Of a stretch of 64,000 nt of DNA, positions 40,424 to 48,865 are shown one piece after another (the stretch's first letter is position 1; each line of letters starts with the position of its first letter). The DNA is from Microcoleus sp. GTDB lineage: Bacteria > Cyanobacteriota > Cyanobacteriia > Cyanobacteriales > Microcoleaceae. The stretch is from contig JAYFMW010000006.1 in NCBI GenBank assembly GCA_042408215.1, positions 1,018,659-1,082,658 of the forward strand. Direction: 5' to 3'. The translations under genes and the position numbers were made by a program. The notes under the pieces are model-generated. The model worked only from the letters and a program-made list of their open reading frames with translations. It was not told the origin of the DNA and ran no database searches.

Positions 40424-41836
40424 TCAAATAACTCCAATTGCTGGAACTATCTTAGGGTTCCCAGGCTCACCCACCAACGCGGATGATTTTCCCTGTCTTC
40501 CAACAGGCTCCTCGGGCGTAGTTTTATCCTGTTTCCGAGGGACTCTCGGTACAGCATCCAAATAGATTCCCAGTCGATTCAGGCCACGCTGCAAAATAAC
40601 TTTTGCAGCATCCACATCGGCATCCTCATGATGGCCGCACTCTTCGCAGATAAATTTCTCTTGATCTCGATTTGTGGGACTGATATACCCGCACTCGCTG
40701 CATTCCTGAGAGCTAAAGTGAGGCATCGCTTCATAAACCAGAACGCCCGCCCTGTCGGACAAAATCTTGACTTTCTGTTTTAAGGAACCCCAAGCAGCAT
40801 CAGTAATGGCTTTGTTCAGTCCAGATTTAGCAGACTGACCGTTAGGCAGATACTTTCCGTTTTCATCCTGCTTTGGTTTGCAGCGTGCCATCATGCCTTG
40901 AATATTCAGATTCTCGAACACAATCAGATCGAATTGCTTCACCAAGTTATTAGCTATCTTCCATTGGTAATCCTCTCGTCGATTGGCAACTTTTTGTTCC
41001 AGTCTGGCTAAGCGCTGACAGGCTTTTCTGCGACGGCGGGAACCTAAAACCTTGCGGCTGACAGCACGGTTTAGTTGCGATCGCTTCCGCTCCATCTGTT
41101 GATAAAATCTGGGATTGGCAATGGTTTGTCCCGTACTGAGAGACATTAGCTTCTTGATACCCAGATCTACTCCTACTGCTGTTTTAACTTGATTTGCTGC
41201 TGGAATATCTGGAACAGACTCATCTTGCAACAAAACAGAAATATAAAAGCCATCTGCTTTTTTCCGAACAGTGACGGAACGAATGCTGAAAGCATTGGGA
41301 AACAGTCGGGACTGAAAAAACGACATCCAGCCAATACCGGGAAGTCGAACTTTATTCCCTTTAAAGGCGACATCTCCAGGCGGGTAGGTGAAAGAGCGAA
41401 ATTTACCCTGCCGCTTTGTTTTCGGATATTTGCCCAATCCTCGGAAAAAGCGCCCAAAAGCAGCATCAACCTGTTTCAGCATTTGTTGCAAAACATGGTG
41501 ATAGATTTCTCTATACCAAGGACGCTCCTGCTTCAGGTCAACCAGATTGGCATCTTGTTGAGCCAGCGGAGTCCTTTTCTTGCCTTTTGCTGTCCAAGGA
41601 TAGCCGTACAAAGCACCTTTGCTTAACGAGCAAGCGAAAGGGCAACACTCGGCTTGAGTTTCGATGAAGCAGTAGTTCCCCATAACAGGAAATCTTGCTT
41701 GCTCGTAGGCTTCTGTCCGCTCTCTGACTCTGAAATTGTACTGCAAGCGGAGCAAATGAATCCACCGCTCGATTGTTTGAGCTTGTTTGGGCGATGGATT
41801 CAGCTTGTAAACATAAGCAAGCAGCATGACTCTCAA
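40424..41836 (-). CDS. tnpB: TnpB-family nuclease, 9 bp downstream of the KilA-N gene
   Basis: GVDLG, FENLNI, CSEC…CEEC, DADVDAAKVI. Confidence 0.88.
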   Translation of the reverse strand: MRVMLLAYVYKLNPSPKQAQTIERWIHLLRLQYNFRVRERTEAYEQARFPVMGNYCFIETQAECCPFACSLSKGALYGYPWTAKGKKRTPLAQQDANLVDLKQERPWYREIYHHVLQQMLKQVDAAFGRFFRGLGKYPKTKRQGKFRSFTYPPGDVAFKGNKVRLPGIGWMSFFQSRLFPNAFSIRSVTVRKKADGFYISVLLQDESVPDIPAANQVKTAVGVDLGIKKLMSLSTGQTIANPRFYQQMERKRSQLNRAVSRKVLGSRRRRKACQRLARLEQKVANRREDYQWKIANNLVKQFDLIVFENLNIQGMMARCKPKQDENGKYLPNGQSAKSGLNKAITDAAWGSLKQKVKILSDRAGVLVYEAMPHFSSQECSECGYISPTNRDQEKFICEECGHHEDADVDAAKVILQRGLNRLGIYLDAVPRVPRKQDKTTPEEPVGRQGKSSALVGEPGNPKIVPAIGVI

Positions 41837-41845
41837 TTAACTAGG

Positions 41846-42727
41846 CTACTGATTCAGCAGATTAGCAACTTGCTGCGCTGTGGAATGGGAGATGCTAGCG
41901 CATGAGCTCACCCCATTAGGATTAAGCGTGTTGATCCGCTTGGCACTGAGAACTTTGGCAAAATCTGTAGCAGCCAGTTCCTCCATTGTCATGGCATCTT
42001 TGCAGTTTTGTCCTTTTTTCAATCCTCTTGCTGTTCGGAAATCTTCGGTACGGCCAATGATCGGCTGATACACCCTCGCCTTGCACTGAGCAAAGTGCAG
42101 TGGAACCTGAACCCCATGTTCATACAAAGCTGCCTCGTAGAAGTCTTCTTTGGGAATAGAGTCAAGACGGGCTCCAATATATTCACGGCTTTTGCCTTGC
42201 TTTTCCCAATTTTTAACTGCCCTTTGCCGACTACGGCGAACGCCGAGTTCTGGATCTACTTCTTCTTCAATCCTTTCTTTGACAGCATTTCGCGCCCAAT
42301 CACGAAACTCTGTAGACAAGGATTCGGCATATTCGATGGCTATCTTGTCTATGGCATAAGTTCCACCGCCTATACCTCCGCGAGTTGATATCAGACCAAC
42401 ATCTTTAGCTAATTTTCTGACTTGGTTTGCCCAAGCTCTGTATTTTTTACATGCAGAGTTAGCGACTGGTTGTTCTACAAAAGTTCTCTCGACAACGGGT
42501 TTTAACTCAAGCTTAGCTTCAAGGACTAATTCCAACAGCCGTTCACAGATACGCTTCTGTATCAACCACTTATCTAGCTCTTGGGATTTAACAGACCCGG
42601 CAGCTTTCCACATATCGGTCAGGCAGATTAGCCCACCGTTTTGCTGACAATGAATCACTAAACCTTTGTAATTCATGTTCTTACTCCGTAATTTCCCCAT
42701 CGCCAAAAAACCTCCACTAAAATCCAA
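41846..42727 (-). CDS. KilA-N domain protein (antirepressor-like)
   Basis: ICLTDMWKAAG and GGGTYAIDKIAIEYAESLS motifs; start uncertain (42727, 42700 or 42676). Confidence 0.75.
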   Translation of the reverse strand: MDFSGGFLAMGKLRSKNMNYKGLVIHCQQNGGLICLTDMWKAAGSVKSQELDKWLIQKRICERLLELVLEAKLELKPVVERTFVEQPVANSACKKYRAWANQVRKLAKDVGLISTRGGIGGGTYAIDKIAIEYAESLSTEFRDWARNAVKERIEEEVDPELGVRRSRQRAVKNWEKQGKSREYIGARLDSIPKEDFYEAALYEHGVQVPLHFAQCKARVYQPIIGRTEDFRTARGLKKGQNCKDAMTMEELAATDFAKVLSAKRINTLNPNGVSSCASISHSTAQQVANLLNQ

Positions 42728-42880
42728 AACAGTCTTGACATATTTGTGACCGTGTGGTAGTAGCTAAGGGTTGACAAATGTGCTATGATAAAAGCACAAG
42801 AAACTCTAGACCGCAAGAAATTAAATTCTTGCAGCTCAGGTGTATAGCCCAAAGCGACTACCGAGCAAGATCCTTATCTG

Positions 42881-42967
42881 TGGGGATGGTGGGACTCGAA
42901 CCCACAAAAACCCTGGCAGGTTATCCGGTTAGGAGCCGGATGCGTTTTCCAGTTCCGCCACATCCCC
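42881..42967 (-). tRNA. Atypical class II tRNA with CCT (Arg) anticodon
   Basis: GGGGATG/CATCCCC acceptor stem; D arm GCG-GAACTGGAAAA-CGC; TCCGG-CTCCTAA-CCGGA anticodon arm; 18-nt variable region; GTGGG-TTCGAGT-CCCAC T-arm; A73. Confidence 0.85.
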
Positions 42968-43085
42968 AAGTAGAATGCAGCGGCGATACTTTGAATTAGG
43001 AACTCAAAGCATCGTCGCTGTTTGTTAACGGAGAAAATATCATTTGCGGTGTCATCATCGTGTTGCTCGCATTATTTGACTCTGA

Positions 43086-43682
43086 TTATTCGTTGCACAA
43101 ATTTGAAGCATAAAGATTTCGACCAAGCTTTTTCCACCTTTTATGTGTCTCTGCGCCCCGACGCAATTCTACGCTCAAGGAGTTTTTGGCTCGCCAAAAT
43201 TCCTCTTCAGATTCCGCGTCAAATATAGCTTCGACAATCCGATCGGCTAGCATTGGCTCTTGATGAGCATTCAAAACCTTTTCTATGGATTCTGCAAAGG
43301 TCAGCCCCAGGTACTGAGGACGCTTTATCTCCACAGGGTTACGCTGATGTCTGTTTTGAGAGATTGCTTTTTCAAGACCTGCATCTTCAAAAGCAAAACT
43401 AACATTGGCTAGGCCTCCTTTTAGATGTTCCTCTGCACCAAGAGAACTTGTCGAAGCTACTTGACTCTCATTCAAAGTCAGTGTTTCTGTTTCGGAAACC
43501 ACATCTGTAGGTTTTGATGCCACTTCATCAGGAGCTACCTGCGCCAGCGTACTCTCGTAATAAAGAATACTTTCTTTTAGTTGTACAGCTTTCGCTTGTA
43601 CTTCAGCAAGTTCTGACTTCTGCTGGTCAATTTGCTCTGTGAGCCATTTGACGAGCTGTTCGCGGGCAAGATCCTGTGCCAT
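43086..43682 (-). CDS. Coiled-coil + putative winged-helix protein
   Basis: N-terminal heptad pattern; C-terminal AESIEKVL…MLADRIVEAIF…SLSVELRRG…WKKLGRNLY. Confidence 0.65.
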   Translation of the reverse strand: MAQDLAREQLVKWLTEQIDQQKSELAEVQAKAVQLKESILYYESTLAQVAPDEVASKPTDVVSETETLTLNESQVASTSSLGAEEHLKGGLANVSFAFEDAGLEKAISQNRHQRNPVEIKRPQYLGLTFAESIEKVLNAHQEPMLADRIVEAIFDAESEEEFWRAKNSLSVELRRGAETHKRWKKLGRNLYASNLCNE

Positions 43683-43869
43683 AGCTCCTAAAATTTTCTG
43701 TGCTTCTCAGAAGATCACACAACAAAACAAATTTAGGAACAAAAAAAAGAAAAGAATGTAAAAAATTCTCGGTTCTTAAATCACATTACATACCGCTGCG
43801 AGTTCCCACCAAAAAAAACACCCCGCAGAGGTGCTTTTGCCTACCAAATAATCTGTCAGGTCAACTGAC

Positions 43870-44193
43870 TTAACTAAACCCTTCCTCATCCGCTGGGTCT
43901 CCGTATGGGTCTTCACTGGCTGGGAGGACATCTCCAAACTGCCCAGCATCCGCTACGTAGTGTGCCGGGTCTCCATAGGGGTCTTCGCTGGCCGGGCGGA
44001 CGTTAGCGAACTGTCCAGAATCCGCGTAGTCGGCCGGGTCGCCCAGGGGGTCTTCGCTGGCCGGGCGGACCTTGCCGAACTGTCCAGAATCTGGGGGACG
44101 ATCGTAGTTGTCTTCATCCTCAGAAGATCTTGAATTTTCGTTTTCCGGCCCGACGATCGCATCTTTCAATTTTCGCAAAAAACTGTCTACCAT
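43870..44193 (-). CDS. Small acidic repeat protein
   Basis: Three GQF.xV.PASEDP[LY]GDPA repeats. Confidence 0.75.
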   Translation of the reverse strand: MVDSFLRKLKDAIVGPENENSRSSEDEDNYDRPPDSGQFGKVRPASEDPLGDPADYADSGQFANVRPASEDPYGDPAHYVADAGQFGDVLPASEDPYGDPADEEGFS

Positions 44194-44301
44194 GATTAAT
44201 TTCCTCTGGTTTATTAGCTAAAAAAACGGCTGTTTGAGATGGGAAATGCCAGATGTAATAGAAAATCTTAAATCATCCATCTAAAAGCTGAAATAGTTTG
44301 G

Positions 44302-44802
44302 TTACAGTGCCGGAACAGGAGTTGTAGCTTCCGGCAAGCTAGTGAGGTCTTTACCTGTAGTTTGGTTGTTGTACCCCTGGAATTCGCGGTAACGCGATGC
44401 TTCCGACTCCGGCACTTTAATGCCTTCTGGTGGCGGCGTTACCCAGTGAGCTCGTTTCTGGGCGTCGCGGTAGTAAACGCGGCCGTTTTTGGAAAGGTAA
44501 TATTGCCCCTGCGGCCCCTGTTCTTGTTTATTTTTGTGCTGATTGTAGAGGTAGTAAAGGGCGGCTGCTCCTACTAAAGTAATCGCTACTTTTTGAGTAT
44601 TGCTCAGTCCTTGTTTCGCTTGGGGCGAAGGACTGGAGGTACGATTTGCGGGCGCTCCAGCGCGAGTATCATCTACTGGGGGCGGGGGAGCAGAATTTTG
44701 CTGGCTGGAACCGCAAGCAGTGACAAAGGGAAATGTGAGCAGCGTTGTCAGCAGCAGTGCCATGAAGCGCGAGCTTCTTGGTTCCGGGTAAACTTGATTC
44801 AT
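44302..44802 (-). CDS. Putative lipoprotein
   Basis: Lipobox FVTAC, internal hydrophobic helix, YYLSKNGRVYYRD. Confidence 0.75.
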   Translation of the reverse strand: MNQVYPEPRSSRFMALLLTTLLTFPFVTACGSSQQNSAPPPPVDDTRAGAPANRTSSPSPQAKQGLSNTQKVAITLVGAAALYYLYNQHKNKQEQGPQGQYYLSKNGRVYYRDAQKRAHWVTPPPEGIKVPESEASRYREFQGYNNQTTGKDLTSLPEATTPVPAL

Positions 44803-46391
44803 CTGTCTTCCCCCTTGGAGACTCCCACTGTACCTGTACCCTGGTCAGTGGCGAGAGGAAAAGGGAGGCAAGGTTTATGCTGCATACGAATAACCATCCT
44901 TTCGGTGAACAACTGAACAATATTTGTGACTAATTCCCGATACCAATTCGGATGCGGAAATATTAAATGAACCACTCGTTCTTACGGCAACAGATCCAAC
45001 GTATTTACCAATTTTCTTGCCGGAGGTTACAATCGCTTTAACGATATCTCCCGTTTGAAAACCTTTGACAAACTTAAACCTAGGGACATAGCAAGATGGA
45101 AATCCAAACTTATCGGTACGACACATTTGACCTGTCCCATGCCCAGTCGCTTTAATTAACAATGGCTTGTTTGTTAATATTTCCAACGAATCAACGTTCC
45201 CAACACAAGCTGCATCTAACCAGTGAGTTTTAGCTAAATTCAATCGAGTGCGGTTGAACTTTGTTAGGCCACCACTGCCAGTAGAAACTGGTAAGCCAGT
45301 CATAGGGAGTCGGTTAAATAATGCCCAACGAGTCGAATTAACGGCTGTCGCGTCTTTGAGAGGACGATGAGCTTGAGATAGAATCCGCTTCAAAATCTCT
45401 GGCTTTTTAGAGAGGAATTGCTCAATACCTTGAGTTCCTTTCTTTTTATTACATCTTTCGCAAGCAAGGCAAAGATTAGAAATGCGATTAGAACCACCCT
45501 TAGCTTTAGGATGAATATGTTCGACTTGTAATGGTGTATTTGTAACACCACAATACGCGCACTTTCTATCCCACTTATTGAGCAAGTATTCCCGAACCTC
45601 GTAGCCACATAAAACACCTTGCTGATATTCGATTCCAGAAATCTCTGGATTTTCTAATTGTTGTAAGTCAAACCGTACAAGTTCTTGAATAATCGAGGCA
45701 ATAGGGGCGAGCTTCATCAATCTAGTTACCCAGGTTAGGGTTGTTTCGACACGATGTTGCAAGCTGGGAGCCAGCCACCCTTTAGGGCGAGTCCTATTTA
45801 GGAACCTCGCTTGACGATAGCGAGTATGACGATTTCTCCTACCTCTACGCAATGAACGGCGAGACTCCAAACTGGCTTTGATTGTTTGACCGGGCGTGAG
45901 TTAGTTCTGCACCAAAGATTACGTCCTCTCCTTGCACTAATGCGATTCCTGTAGTCTTAGAACCCGGATCTATTTTAAGAGTGATTGGTTTTTGGGTTGC
46001 TGTCACCTCTACTTTGAGAATTAGTGTGAATGGATACCTTTTGAAAACAGCAGCTTTGCCATTGTTTAGCAATTTACGAGCCAATCCCGGATTGGATTGA
46101 GCGGTTGTTTTCTGGTATCAAGTACAAAAACAAAATTAGACATTTCAGCCCTCCCTTGCGGGGTAATGTTTGCTTCGTCAATGTTTAAGGTCGGTAACTA
46201 TATTAAAAGCACTGGCTTAACCCTTACACCTGTTTAACTTTTAATTTCTAGAGCAGAAAACTAGCACGCATTTTCTGGTAGGTACTTTAACGCTTACCTT
46301 AAACGTAGTGGGCGAACCACTTAGACTGGTCAACTTGGCGAATTTCTTGCCTGCACCGTATCGGTAATCCGATCGGTGCCGGGTTGTTGAC
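44803..46391 (-). mobile_element. Non-autonomous IscB element #3 with omegaRNA (46144-46391)
   Basis: Minus strand starts GTCAACAACCC; scaffold is homologous to element #1; ends directly before ATGA of the lipoprotein gene. Confidence 0.8.
44875..46143 (-). pseudogene. iscB: IscB with two N-terminal frameshifts
   Basis: Frameshifts near 46090 and 45893; HNH and RuvC motifs otherwise intact. Confidence 0.85.
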
Positions 46392-46689
46392 TGCCGCTCC
46401 GAGTTCGTTGAGATTGCAGGTGTGGGTGTTTTGGCAGGGTTGAGGAACCTGAGCTGCTGCCAACAGTTGTTATAGTCAATTAATTTCTCAAACCAATTTT
46501 GACAACAAAAGTAGTTGCTGAGAACTACAACAGCGCAGGTACAATTGCGTTTCTATTTAATCATCGTCAAATTTTGTTCAGATTTCCTCCTTCTATGGAT
46601 ATAGAATTTTTTTTAAGTCAGCTCGCAGGTATATGTGCACGCTGCACCGGGGCGGGTAAAAGTAAATTCCGTATGCTGGGCAAATTTTT

Positions 46690-47103
46690 GTGGAAATTCA
46701 GGAGAGATCGATCGCAGTTATATATACTGTCGCCAAATATATACCCGCTTCTACGCAACAAAACCAAGTCAAGCAATTACTGGAAACCAAACAATGTCCC
46801 GAATGCAATTTCAGCAATACCAACCTAAAAAATGCTAACTTAAATAGAGCCAACCTAACCGGAGCTGATTTTGGCTGTGCCGGCATAAGTTTCAACCTTG
46901 ATGCTAATAATCAAGGAGCAAATATGGATTTTAAGGTAAGTGCCGTTCCCGAAAAAAATAACCCAGAAAATGCAGTAGTTGGTTTCAACATAAAAGCAAC
47001 AGATCGAGGAGCCACAATGCGTTTCAACCAGCCGGGATGCGCCGAATTCGAGAAGGCTAGATTGCAGGAAACTAAAATGCCAGATAGCAAAATTCACCCT
47101 TAA
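46690..47103 (+). CDS. Pentapeptide-repeat protein, possibly a 5'-truncated remnant
   Basis: QLLETKQCPECNFSNTNLKNANLNRANLTGADF; no clear start or RBS. Confidence 0.5.
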   Translation: MEIQERSIAVIYTVAKYIPASTQQNQVKQLLETKQCPECNFSNTNLKNANLNRANLTGADFGCAGISFNLDANNQGANMDFKVSAVPEKNNPENAVVGFNIKATDRGATMRFNQPGCAEFEKARLQETKMPDSKIHP

Positions 47104-47417
47104 TTGCAGCAAATATAGCAATCTCCTGTATCATCATTTGTCAACTTCTTTTCATTCTTTCTGCTCTCTCTTTTCTCTTTCTCTGTGTCCTCTGTGGCCT
47201 CTGTGGTTCATAAAACAAAACCGCCGTCCGAACAACAGACAGCGGTTTTTCAAGCAACTAACAGCCGCCTAAAATTAGTGAGCAGAACCGTTACCGTGAT
47301 ACTTGTCGGTATCGTAGAATCCGTTTTTTGTACCGAAAAACAGACAGCACACAGTGAAAACTGCTGTCAAGACTGCTAAAACTAACTTAACATCCATAAT
47401 TTACCTTCTCTGGTTCA

Positions 47418-48489
47418 GTGCGTGGAAATACTCAGATTGTAGAATCTTTTTGGCTGGCGAGGCCATCTACTAGGGTAGCGCCAGATTTGCTTGGCTGCTC
47501 GCTGGCGCGACAGTTTCCCGACGGGGAGACGATTCCGGCAATGGTGGAAACAGAAGCCTATGGCCCGGAAGATCCGGCTTGTCACGCAAACGAACAGCGC
47601 ACTCCTCGCAATGAGGCGATGTTCGGGCCTGGGGGTATGAGTTATGTTTACCAGTAAATTGGGTCTAAAGCCCCGTCCTTTTAGGACGGCTTTAATGATC
47701 TAAATTTCCGGTTCAAGGTTTCCGAAAATTAATTGAACAGTATGGTACAATAGAGTAATACTACAGGTAGAATAACCGCCGATACACAGTGCGCACCAAG
47801 CTCAAACGACTGGTCGGGAAATAATAATGGTTAGTGGGTGGCGAACACCACGAAAAACATAGCTAGGGTAACTAACGTAACCCAGACCAGAAAACTAAAA
47901 TCTTGAATATTAAACGTACCGTGGGGCACAGGGAAACAAGAGAGGAAACTCTCTATCGCTTGGGGAGATCAGCCCTCTGGGATTGTCTAACTTAGGCTCG
48001 AAACTTAGTTCTATTGAACGGGTTTTTGGTTTAAGTAATGCCGAAAGGATAGGCAATTTAAAGGTGTATCGGTGAACCAAGAATCCCCGCGCATTCATGC
48101 CGGGGAGTGTCAACTAATCTATGGAATGTATCATTGTTTTAATGTCGTGACGGATGCAGACGGAGTTGCTAGCGCTGTGTTAATCAGAGCCTTACAGCTA
48201 GATAGTATCCCGAAAGGGTTCTCGGATGTCCCCGAAAAGAAGCGATCGCGCCTCGCCTCGATCGCCTGGGAAACTGTGTAAAATACTTTATATCGATCGC
48301 ACTTTAAACGCTTTACCTTTGGGTGTTGGGGAACCGCTCAGGTTGGAACACCGGAGTGCCCAATTTCAGAATGCGATCGAGTCAGGTGCCATTAGTATTG
48401 TCCAAACTTCCCGCATCGGGATTTCTCAAGGAATTGATTTACCTTGGCGTTGGTATATTGGGAACTGTGCGGCCGTGTCTAAATTCTAG
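47418..48489 (+). pseudogene. mpg: DNA-3-methyladenine glycosylase interrupted by a mobile element and a frameshift
   Basis: VETEAY…DPACH, YVY|LIYGMYHCFNVV, VLIRAL, PGKLC and RIGIS…LPWRWY motifs; +1 frameshift near 48260. Confidence 0.85.
47652..48113 (+). mobile_element. Protein-free IS200/IS605 derivative retaining a TnpB-type omegaRNA
   Basis: TTAC | left end nearly identical to 37848; right end GAATCCCCG…CGGGGAGTGTCAA. Excision restores the mpg frame at this site. Confidence 0.85.
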
Positions 48490-48538
48490 TAATCTCAAAG
48501 ATGTCAGTGTAAATTTTGTCACTTATCTCTATCAAATT

Positions 48539-48838
48539 ATGGCTTACTCTTCTGAAAATCCGATCTTACAACTCAAGAAATGCCTAACGATGGCTCAGGA
48601 TGTTGGGAGTCACGCCGAAGCGAACCGGGCCTTCGAGCAATTGTGTGGGATTCTAGATGCTGAAAATCCAATGGCGGCGCAACTTTTGGAGATGTTATGG
48701 CAAGAGGCAATCACGGCTAGGCGATCGGCTATATTTTGGCAACAAATGAGCGATGTTGAGAAAGATATGGCCAATAGAATGATGGAAAATATGACGGAGA
48801 TGCGGCAAAATTATTTGCGGTTGATGCAAGAAATGTAA
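48539..48838 (+). CDS. Conserved helical hypothetical protein
   Basis: MAYSSENPILQLKKC…QNYLRLMQEM. Confidence 0.7.
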   Translation: MAYSSENPILQLKKCLTMAQDVGSHAEANRAFEQLCGILDAENPMAAQLLEMLWQEAITARRSAIFWQQMSDVEKDMANRMMENMTEMRQNYLRLMQEM

Positions 48839-48865
48839 GATTGGGTAATGGGGAATGGGTAATTG

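Noticed and set aside
47652..48113. IStron (self-splicing intron-IS hybrid) in mpg
   Set aside because: It ends in TCAA rather than a terminal G, I recognised no group I core, and mpg carries a separate frameshift, suggesting it is dead.
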